From a virus, in IMG/VR virus record IMGVR_UViG_3300012348_000111, positions 32,001 through 96,000 of that record: DNA of 64,000 nucleotides; one strand, written 5' to 3'. The translations under genes and the position numbers were made by a program. Within the stretch, counting starts at the first letter, position 1, and every line of letters starts with the position of its first letter. The notes below the pieces were generated by a model. The model was not told where the DNA came from. It did no database searches and saw only the letters and a program-made list of their open reading frames with translations. This document shows positions 1 through 8,600 of the stretch, in pieces.

Positions 1-582
1 AATATTTACAACTCCAATGCTTGTACTTAAACTTGCAGTTATTAACAACCTATAACTCAAGTATGCCGTTGAGTTGCCTATCAAAGGACTCGTGTAGTTA
101 TTGCTATTGTGTCCAGCAACTGTATGTAAAGTTACCCAGTTAGAACCATTCCATCCTTGAAATTCCCAGTCTTTAGGTCCTTGTTCATTTCCGTTGTTTA
201 CTCCCTGTATTACGTATTGATTTATCGGTATTGCATTAGGAAATTGATATGAAATCCACCTTGGATTGGAAATATTTACAGCACCGCCACTCCACCAAGT
301 AGAAAGGCTGTTATCAAAAGCTCTAAACGCATCGTTTGTTGTTGGATTAGGAATATCGCTAGCAGAAACTATTCCAGAAGGACTAGTATTTGAAGTCATA
401 TCTGGAACCGCATCAACAATAGATTGTGCAGCATTTGTAAGCGTATCTACATTGATGTTTTGATCAATTGTTACAGTAAAATTGTTGGAAGCAACAACAT
501 CTCCTGCGGCAGGTTTTAAACCACCGTTCCACGTCGCAGGATTGCTCCAGTTGCCATTTGCTACAGCTACTCTTAATCCCAT
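1..582 (-). CDS. Tail/receptor-binding protein with discoidin (F5/8 type C)-like domain, 3'-truncated by the window edge
   Basis: Not in the ORF track. ATG at 582 (minus) reads MGLRVAVANGNWSNPATWNGG...AFRAFDNSLSTWW...WISYQFPNAIPINQY...GPKDWEFQGWNGSNWVTL with no stop to position 1. The AFD/W..F/PKDW.F.G..W pattern is discoidin-like. Confidence 0.75.
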   Translation of the reverse strand, partial: MGLRVAVANGNWSNPATWNGGLKPAAGDVVASNNFTVTIDQNINVDTLTNAAQSIVDAVPDMTSNTSPSGIVSASDIPNPTTNDAFRAFDNSLSTWWSGGAVNISNPRWISYQFPNAIPINQYVIQGVNNGNEQGPKDWEFQGWNGSNWVTLHTVAGHNSNNYTSPLIGNSTAYLSYRLLITASLSTSIGVVNI

Positions 583-584
583 GC

Positions 585-875
585 TTACAGACCTTTATCG
601 TTTATAAACTCTTGCAGTGTATTCATAATACCTGTAACCGCTTTCTCAAATGCAGGGTCGCTCTCTGCTACCTCAAATACGTCTAGTATAGACACAGCTT
701 TAGCGTAGTCAGGCTGAGCCTCTATTCCTCCCAACTCCAAGTCTCTGTATGGAGTTAATCTCAACGCAACAGATGCTCCCCTTGGAGGATCATACGGGCT
801 AATAGAAAGATTTACCAAAAAGTAAGGGTACTCTACCCCATCTACTATTGTTGGATTTGAACTTATTAATGGCAT
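585..875 (-). CDS. Hypothetical tail-associated protein
   Basis: 96-aa ORF packed tightly between structural genes. Confidence 0.6.
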   Translation of the reverse strand: MPLISSNPTIVDGVEYPYFLVNLSISPYDPPRGASVALRLTPYRDLELGGIEAQPDYAKAVSILDVFEVAESDPAFEKAVTGIMNTLQEFINDKGL

Positions 876-877
876 AA

Positions 878-1186
878 TTATGTGTATATGTGTGTATATC
901 GATTTGTCCAGTTTACATTGTTTGCTGTAAGTACAGTTGTTGTTCCGTCTTCTAGAATTTCTATTCTATTTATTGTCCAAAGAGAGTCTGATTCAGAAGC
1001 AGAAGAACTTGCTTTACCGCAATAAGAATAAATATTAAAATCGTGTTTTCTTTGAACAAAGATATTACCTACTGGGTATTTAACTGTTTTTCCTGTATCT
1101 AAAGAAATACCTACTAAATGAGTGGGTTGACCATCATTTAACTCTGATATTTTAACAGCATTAGCAGGAATATGATTGTTTTGCAT
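878..1186 (-). CDS. Hypothetical structural protein
   Basis: 102 aa; C-terminal YCGKA...W.I.RI...W.NR motif typical of small phage tail-region proteins. Confidence 0.6.
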   Translation of the reverse strand: MQNNHIPANAVKISELNDGQPTHLVGISLDTGKTVKYPVGNIFVQRKHDFNIYSYCGKASSSASESDSLWTINRIEILEDGTTTVLTANNVNWTNRYTHIYT

Positions 1187-1189
1187 AAC

Positions 1190-1549
1190 TTAAAGAATTA
1201 TATACTTTCCATTCTCAGTAATTAAAGCTATACTTTCTAATCTATTGGAAGGTAGTTTACTATATGTAAAAAGTAGATTTTGTGTTGGATATTTACTTTC
1301 AAATCTAAGATCTTCATTAGCTCTTGCATTGTCTAAAATTAACTCACAGGTTAATTCTAAAGTTATTTTAGGACCATTAAACTTTACTAAGTTATTCCCA
1401 ATAAACTTAATGTGTGATAATTCTTCTTTAAACTTTTGAAGAATATGTAAGTCATGACTATTAAGATATACTTTAGATGAAAACGAATTAAATATCTTTT
1501 CAGATAGTTTTAAAGCATACCCATTTGTCTGAAAGTACATATTTCTCAT
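1190..1549 (-). CDS. Hypothetical protein
   Basis: 119-aa ORF in operon orientation. Confidence 0.5.
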   Translation of the reverse strand: MRNMYFQTNGYALKLSEKIFNSFSSKVYLNSHDLHILQKFKEELSHIKFIGNNLVKFNGPKITLELTCELILDNARANEDLRFESKYPTQNLLFTYSKLPSNRLESIALITENGKYIIL

Positions 1550-1571
1550 TAGTACGACAATTCAGATTATA

Positions 1572-1763
1572 TTATTTTGAGTAAAAATATTTTTGAATCA
1601 AAAGACTATCATTTGTATTATGCAATTCAATTAAAACTTTCATTGCACTATCATGCATCTCTTGACTTTCCTCCACTTGCTCTTCTACTTTTTCTTCAAT
1701 TGTTGGTTGATTTGTAAGGGCTAAAATTAAAACAACAAGCCCTAACGCTGCTAAAAATTTCAT
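1572..1763 (-). CDS. Small membrane-anchored protein (spanin/lysis accessory candidate)
   Basis: N-terminal hydrophobic segment followed by an acidic helix; overlaps the upstream TM gene by 4 nt. Confidence 0.5.
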   Translation of the reverse strand: MKFLAALGLVVLILALTNQPTIEEKVEEQVEESQEMHDSAMKVLIELHNTNDSLLIQKYFYSK

Positions 1764-2017
1764 ATTTTACCTAATTTTTTATATAACGTAATTTCAGTAA
1801 CTAACGCACTACACAACGAATCTTGCGTTTTTAGTTGCTTGGATAGTTTTTCAAGTTTAGCCTCGCACTCCAACAACCTCTTCTCGCAGCGGTCATTGAT
1901 GCTTTTAGATTGACTTTCTGTGCGGTAGTATAACACGCTTACGACAACCAATAAAAGGAACATAATTGCCTTACTTGGGTCGCTCTTAAATTGTTCAAAG
2001 TCTATGGGTAGTTTCAT
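1760..2017 (-). CDS. Single-TM coiled-coil protein (holin/i-spanin candidate)
   Basis: AIMFLLLVVVSVLYY TM segment, then a coiled coil with 3 Cys. Confidence 0.5.
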   Translation of the reverse strand: MKLPIDFEQFKSDPSKAIMFLLLVVVSVLYYRTESQSKSINDRCEKRLLECEAKLEKLSKQLKTQDSLCSALVTEITLYKKLGKI

Positions 2018-2022
2018 TGGTA

Positions 2023-2265
2023 TCAGTTAGTTTCATCGAATGGGTTAGGTTGGATTACTTCAAATTCTGTTGGTTCTCCCAAAATAGGCAATAAAGATTC
2101 GTCAAATGCAATATACCAAAATTGCGGATTATTTAATTCTGCAAAGTTGTAATCCACCCAATGTTGAGTGACATCGGTAGGACTTGCAGGAATGCCGTAG
2201 TATGCGTCACATTGTTGACGTGATGCTATTGCTTCCGCTTCGGTGTTGTATTTGTATCCTTGCAT
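2023..2265 (-). CDS. Small partner/chaperone of the upstream lectin-like protein
   Basis: 80 aa, coupled by a 1-nt overlap to 2265..3137. Confidence 0.55.
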   Translation of the reverse strand: MQGYKYNTEAEAIASRQQCDAYYGIPASPTDVTQHWVDYNFAELNNPQFWYIAFDESLLPILGEPTEFEVIQPNPFDETN

Positions 2266-3137
2266 TAGTAGATAGAGTAAAAGTCGTTAATATTAGAATT
2301 AATATTAGTTAAATTTGATAATATTGAACTATCGTAATAAATTATTTCTGGGATATTACCATCCAAATATTGTAAGTTAGTTCCTAATGAGCCTATTAAA
2401 CATTTATTAGAAGCATTTTGCATTTGGTCGACAGAAACTCCTGCCCTTGTAACACTCTGCAATGAGTTGTTGTTATATATTGATGTCTCGTTAGCAAAAG
2501 ATTGATTTCCGTCATATAGTAATGATGTTACATATAATTGATTTAAACTAATAATATTCCCTGAAATGATATTATTTGAACTTGCTAATGCTGAATAAAC
2601 TTGAAAATCTATTGACCCTAATGAATTAAAAGTGCGTATTAAAAAATTTCTATTATCCCACCTCGAAAACAAAGTTGAATTTTCTTTATTAGAATTAATA
2701 GCATATACTAAAAAAATACTTGCTAAAGTTCTTGATACTGTAAAGGCTGCAATATCTAAAAAGTCATTTATCCCATCAAATTTTAAGCAAGGTTTACCAT
2801 TGTCTAAAATTACATTACCACTACTAACTATCTGTGGTTGATTTGCTGCCGTTGTTTGTGTTGCATTTCTACCATTACCACTTTGGTCATACCAAGTTGT
2901 TACAAATCCATTTGTACCACTGCAAAAACTTGTAATTGAAGATGTATCAAGTACATTATTTACAAATCCAATGTTTTGCTCTGTGTTATCGGAAGCCCTA
3001 CGCACACGAATAGCACTACCTGTGTATGCCGTGCGTAATTTACGCAATGAATAGGCAGCCGCTGCTCCGCTATATGTGTCAAGTAATAAATTACTTAACG
3101 TCGTAACTGATATGGTATTTGAATATGGGGTTATCAT
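2265..3137 (-). CDS. Concanavalin/LamG-like receptor-binding structural protein
   Basis: AYSLRKL...AIRVRR...FVTTWYDQSGNGRNATQ...QP...FDGIND...G.I.EIIYY lectin-like pattern. Confidence 0.75.
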   Translation of the reverse strand: MITPYSNTISVTTLSNLLLDTYSGAAAAYSLRKLRTAYTGSAIRVRRASDNTEQNIGFVNNVLDTSSITSFCSGTNGFVTTWYDQSGNGRNATQTTAANQPQIVSSGNVILDNGKPCLKFDGINDFLDIAAFTVSRTLASIFLVYAINSNKENSTLFSRWDNRNFLIRTFNSLGSIDFQVYSALASSNNIISGNIISLNQLYVTSLLYDGNQSFANETSIYNNNSLQSVTRAGVSVDQMQNASNKCLIGSLGTNLQYLDGNIPEIIYYDSSILSNLTNINSNINDFYSIY

Positions 3138-3364
3138 TATTCGCTAAATGGGAATTCAGGTGATGGTGGTGGTGTGTATTCGCCTTGTGGCAAATCAAAT
3201 AACCACATATATTCGGTATCTTGAAATAGTTCCTTGTCTTGCTCGGTTGCAAAGAAAAAAGGTATTCCATTTATGTCTTGAACGCAGTTAATAAAAAGGT
3301 AAGGTGTAATAAATTTACCTTGTACCTCGTTGTATTGTTCTACAGTTAAAATATAGCCTATCAT
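3137..3364 (-). CDS. Small partner protein of the 4131..5180 structural protein
   Basis: 75 aa with Pro-rich C-terminus; similar size and character to 2023..2265. Confidence 0.55.
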   Translation of the reverse strand: MIGYILTVEQYNEVQGKFITPYLFINCVQDINGIPFFFATEQDKELFQDTEYMWLFDLPQGEYTPPPSPEFPFSE

Positions 3365-4098
3365 ACTTGACGTTTTAAATTATTTATTATTTCTTTAAAT
3401 ATATCATTATCATAACTTCCTCTTGCTTTATTTGCCCACACACAAACAAACTGAACATTACCTTCCTCATATCCTAAATCGTTATTAATTCTATCTAACG
3501 ATATTAAATAAGGGCTAGATGTCATTTCACGCTTTTCGGTATATGTTTTAGGGCAAAGTAATTCAGAGCCAGTTAAAGCACATTTGTAATTTTGTAATTC
3601 TAAAACACTTTGCAGATATTCTATGCTTATATTAAATGGATAATTTCTTGACTTGGCATTCGCTTTCCATCTGTTAAATAAAGCATTATGTATGTCTTGT
3701 GTTCCTCCTTTATTGCAATTTCTTGCTTGACGCTTTCCATTAGCCCAAACTTTTGCCATAAAAGAACCTTTACCTTTCAACCTATCTATCCCGTTTCGGT
3801 CTAATAAAAACTTTACTTTTTCAGCACCGATTTTGTATTTTTTTGACAAGCCATTTTGAGATATACCATTTTTATAATCATCACACAAAGCATCCTCGTA
3901 ATCAAACTTTAATTGTTTAATGTTAGCGTACATTTCAGATTTGCCCATCATTGGTACACCTTGCATTTTTAATACTCTTCGAACCCTGTCTGTAGTGGCA
4001 TTTAAATCAGTTGCAATTTGTTGTACGGTTTTTTTGCCATAGTTACTTACAATGTAATTAGCATCTAATGGTTTTAATGTTGTCCATTGTCTTCCCAT
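3361..4098 (-). CDS. Free-standing His-Me finger (HNH-like) homing endonuclease with N-terminal HTH repeats
   Basis: CALTG...SLDRINNDLGYEEGNVQFVCVWANKAR motif. Start moved from 4125 to the MGRQW ATG (4098) because a TATATTTG promoter box lies 4 nt upstream. Confidence 0.75.
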   Translation of the reverse strand: MGRQWTTLKPLDANYIVSNYGKKTVQQIATDLNATTDRVRRVLKMQGVPMMGKSEMYANIKQLKFDYEDALCDDYKNGISQNGLSKKYKIGAEKVKFLLDRNGIDRLKGKGSFMAKVWANGKRQARNCNKGGTQDIHNALFNRWKANAKSRNYPFNISIEYLQSVLELQNYKCALTGSELLCPKTYTEKREMTSSPYLISLDRINNDLGYEEGNVQFVCVWANKARGSYDNDIFKEIINNLKRQV

Positions 4099-4130
4099 AA
4101 TACAAATATACAATAGTGTAATCATATTAC

Positions 4131-5180
4131 CTACACATTTCTATTTAAAGTGGTTTGAAATGCCTGTACTGCGGTGTAAAAGTTTGATTGTTCAGTATCC
4201 GTAAATCCTTCACCTATTGACGCAAACGCATTTTGTCTTGTATCATAATTAGATGCGGTCCCATTGTTATTGTTTGCCCCTAAATATATATTTTGCGATG
4301 CTGGTGAATTTGAATTATTTGCTTTTGAAGTTTTTGTTGTATTTTGAAAAAATTGCTCTGAAGTAGATGCAATTCTTGAAACAGTAAATAACCCTAATGA
4401 TGAGGTTACATTCGCACTCGTATTTCCTGAGGTATTATTAAAAGCTGAAAAATATGCGAGAACAGAACTTAATCGGGGATATATATACATACCTTTGCTC
4501 AATGCTTGTGAAGTAGCACCAATTGATGTAGTTGCTGATGTAGCATCGGTTCTTAAATAAACGCTAATATGACAATTATTTTGACTTAATTCAGATGCCA
4601 TATTTAAGCCTGTATTCATAAAAGCACTACTTGGAGTAACTCCTGTACTTGCAAAAGTCCAACCCGTAGAAAATGTACCAGTAAAACTTGAACTCTTTAA
4701 ATTTTGAGCACACGCTGCCGCACTTGCACCAACCATAGGGTAGATGGCTTTCATTTTAGTCCATAAAGAATAAGATTTTAAATCCAATACTAATTGGTTT
4801 ACCGCAGTTTGTTCAGTTGCTGAAAGTGAACCCCCAGCAGTAGTAACTCTATTAAAAAAGGCTTGTGCGTCTGGATCAGTTAATGATTCTGTACTTGCTC
4901 TTACTCTATAATAATAAGTTGTGTTTGGGTTTAATCCTATAACTACATAAGATGTAGTAGGGGCATTTACTTGTTGGTTTTCGTATATATTTATACCTGT
5001 TAATATATCGAAGGTAGGAGATGTACTAACATCTAATAGATAAACAACAGCACCTGGATAAGCGTTCCAATTAGCAGTAAATGAGGTTTGACCTATACCA
5101 GTAGCAGCAGTTGCTATTGGTGCAACTAAACCATAACCACCAACCTTTTGTTGTTTTACACCTATACCTATACCGATCAT
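4131..5180 (-). CDS. Structural protein: fibronectin III domain plus lectin-like C-terminal domain
   Basis: SFTANW...Y.LDVST...GLNPNTTYYYRVRA (FN3), followed by a DPDAQAFF...LWTKMKAIYP domain. Confidence 0.75.
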   Translation of the reverse strand: MIGIGIGVKQQKVGGYGLVAPIATAATGIGQTSFTANWNAYPGAVVYLLDVSTSPTFDILTGINIYENQQVNAPTTSYVVIGLNPNTTYYYRVRASTESLTDPDAQAFFNRVTTAGGSLSATEQTAVNQLVLDLKSYSLWTKMKAIYPMVGASAAACAQNLKSSSFTGTFSTGWTFASTGVTPSSAFMNTGLNMASELSQNNCHISVYLRTDATSATTSIGATSQALSKGMYIYPRLSSVLAYFSAFNNTSGNTSANVTSSLGLFTVSRIASTSEQFFQNTTKTSKANNSNSPASQNIYLGANNNNGTASNYDTRQNAFASIGEGFTDTEQSNFYTAVQAFQTTLNRNV

Positions 5181-5181
5181 A

Positions 5182-5490
5182 TTAGTATGCGATTACACTA
5201 CCTGAAGTAATAGTCCAACCTGTGATATCTTGTCCACCTGGAAGAAAAGCACCTTGTTTAAAAGTTACTCCACTCATACCACGAGCAGTAAGTACATCTA
5301 CACCATTTACAAAAAATGCAGAAAATACTGTGTCTTCTTGTACTACTAATGCTTCGTGTGTTACTCCAGTTACTACACCAGCTCCATAACGCATGAAACC
5401 TGATGTTCCTACAGCTAAAGATGTGCTGTCTTGAATTCTTCTTAAACGTTTTGCTTGTTCTCTAAGCAAATCATTGTTTTCCATTCCCAT
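5182..5490 (-). CDS. Hypothetical structural protein
   Basis: 102 aa ending ITSGSVIAY, beta-rich; directly downstream of a promoter. Confidence 0.65.
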   Translation of the reverse strand: MGMENNDLLREQAKRLRRIQDSTSLAVGTSGFMRYGAGVVTGVTHEALVVQEDTVFSAFFVNGVDVLTARGMSGVTFKQGAFLPGGQDITGWTITSGSVIAY

Positions 5491-5553
5491 AATATTTTTA
5501 TTTAAAGTTTTCGATTATAAAATCCGATCTAATTAGATCCGAATGAATTAGTA

Positions 5554-5583
5554 CAAAAATAATCTAATTAAAATTTTTGTCAA
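5554..5583 (-). promoter_or_regulatory. Bacteroidota sigma-A-type promoter
   Basis: Minus strand TTG-N19-TATTTTTG. Confidence 0.75.
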
Positions 5584-5607
5584 GAAAGTTAAAGATAACC
5601 CTGATAA

Positions 5608-8600
5608 TTAATTATCAAGGTCATCTTCGTTCAACTTTTCTATTTTTTTATCACTGATATTTCCCATTATACTTACTTTAGGTACAAATGGCAAATCTTG
5701 ACCATCCCATTTGTTACCAGATTTAGAAATATCTCTTCTCTTTTTTGTATAATTAGAAATTAAATTATTGATTTTTTCATTTGTTTCTTTATTGTCTTTA
5801 CCTAATGCTCTATTTATTCTTTGTTTTTCTCTTAATACTTTTATTTGTTTTTTAAATTGTCTTTCAAGAGAAGGTAAAGGTAATCTAGAAGGCATTTTTT
5901 CAATTTCATAATCTTTTTTGAATCTAGTTTGAAGATTATTACTATATGTTTTAGGCATATAATCATTGATTCTTCTGTTATTAAATTCCATTGCATCAGG
6001 ACTAATATCTACACCTCTTAAACCAAGATATTCAATTGCACCTACAGCCAATGCTGGTAAACCAGCAAGAAAAGGATGTGTTTTATCCCAATCTATTTTA
6101 GATTGATTCCAACGATAATAAGGATCCATATTAGTAAAATCATCAAGGTCCTTAAAGTATCTTCCTAAAATACCCACTGGTCCTGATAAAGCACCAAACA
6201 GTTTATCAGCGATACTAATACCGTTACTTTGTTCAATATAGTAAGTGTAAACAGCTTCGTTCATACCCCAAAGAGTAAACGCACCTTCTACTTCGTTTAC
6301 TATACGTTTCATAAAGTAACAAGCATAGTCTGCCCAATCAGCTTCTCCATCTTCTTCACAATTTGTTGCTTTCTGAAGAGCTATTAAAGTATTTACCATA
6401 GCATACCATACAGCAGCATTTAATGTTCCTTTAACTACTCCACCTTTAACTGCTTGAGATGACGTTCTATAAGCAGCAAATACATTTCCATTATAACGAT
6501 AAGAATCTCTTATCAATTGGGTAAATGCAGACCAAGAGCCTTCTGTTTCAAAACCAGCACCATAGTGAATAGTCGATCTACCGTAAATAGATTTTATATC
6601 ACCTAACACCCATTTCTTTAAAAATAGAACTAATTTTCCTAATGTATATCTGTTTGCTTCTGGTTGTGACATAGAATCGTATACACCTTGAGATCTTCTT
6701 ACAGCAACATAAATTTTATTTCTTACAAATTGAACTAGGTTGTCAAAGTTTTCTCCAAGTTCTACATCAGGTCTAGGCTGTAAAATACCATCTTTAATTT
6801 CAAACGCATCTTTTAAAGTAATAGTTTGATCTGAATCTTTTAATTTAACTCTGTATTGATTTAGATAAGCAAATCCAACCTGAGCTGCTATTTCAAATTC
6901 AGTATATTCTCGTATAGTATTTACAATCGATAAAACATCTCCATACTTTCTAAGACCAGTGTTGCCTGCTTTTTCACCTTGAAAGAAACTTTCTTTTTGT
7001 TCTACTCCAAAATAATCTAAAAGTTGTAAAGACTTAGGTTTGTTTCCTAATTGCCCATGATACAAAAAGAAATCTTTAGAAGCCATAGTAGCGTCTATAG
7101 TTCCTTTACGTAAACTACTAAGAGTTATACCATGACTTACGACATTTATAAGATTTTGTTTTAAACCTGTTACTAAGTTCTGAGGAATAGATAATAAGTT
7201 ATACCCTAATGATTTTCTACCCGCACTTGCTGTAGCCATTCTACTTATAGCATTAAAAGATTTAGATAATTTATCAGTACCTTTTAAAGACTGCCCGTAG
7301 AATAGTTTTTCAATCATTTTATCTATTTGGGTTTTATCTGATTCTGCAGTTGTTTTTTGACTAGCACTTAATACAACAGCTTGCATTTTTCTTAATGCTC
7401 TAAATTGATGCGATGCTCCTCCATAGTTAGCAATAGCTCCCAAGATATCATCTGATTGTTTAGATACGTCTAAAGGTTTTGCAAAACGCATAAAGATTTT
7501 TCTACTTTTAGAAAGATTATCAGTACCATAATCTAATTGAGAAAAATCAGATTCTTGTTCACCATAGCTTTCTTCTATATCAACATCTTGATCGCTTCTT
7601 GCTTGCCACCAATTTTTAACATTAGCCCGCCAAGAGCTAAAAGGATTACGTCTAAAACTAACAGCATCTATAAATCTATCTCTTCCAGATTTAAGTTGAC
7701 CTGGAATAACATCTCCTAATCTATCTTTAGCATAAAGACCCTTTTGGTTTTCCAAATGAAGACTTCTTAAATCATTTACAATAGACTTTTGATTATCTGT
7801 TAATTTAGAATAATCTTTATTAAGGTAAGGTCCACTTGTAACTTCTTTAAATTGTACTTGACCTTGTTTATAATTAGGATTTCTAAACTTAGGATTAACA
7901 ACAGCTCTATACCAATTGAATCCTGGTTGATTCTTTTCTACAAAATCAGGATTATTAGGTCTTGTTACACGCCAAACAAATAGTGGCTCATATACTTGTA
8001 CCATTGTTTGTGTATCGCTATCCCAACGATTCTTTAATATGTGATTATCTTTATACCATTGAGAATTAACATATTGTTGGTGAACTTGTCTATTAAGTTC
8101 TTCTTCTGTTATACTTGGATTCTTAGATACTATTTCAGATCTTAATTCATTTTGAATAGTTTCTTTGGTTTCTGTATAGTAAGAAGATACTGCAGTAGAT
8201 TGCAATTCGTCTAATTGTTTAAATAAAGGAAGAAGCTTGGTTTTTATATCAGCATCTAAAGGACTTCCCTCTTTCATCAATTGTTTGATACTTTCAATAC
8301 GTTGTTCTATTTCTTTAGACTTTGCAATAAGTTCTTTAGAATAATTAGAAGGTATATAGACACCACTTGTGTCTTTCTGACCTTTAAGTATGTTAAAGAG
8401 TTCTTCGTATTCTTTGGAGATATCCCCCCTACCTTTTAAATAGTATGAAATACCATCTAAGATTCTTTGTCTCTGATCGTAAAACTCTTGTTTATATGTA
8501 ATCCTTACGTTAATAGAACTCCAAGCATCAAAAACTTCTTGAGCTACTCTTCTTTCTTCATCTGTAGTAGCTTTACTTAAATTGTTTTGATAGGCTTCAA

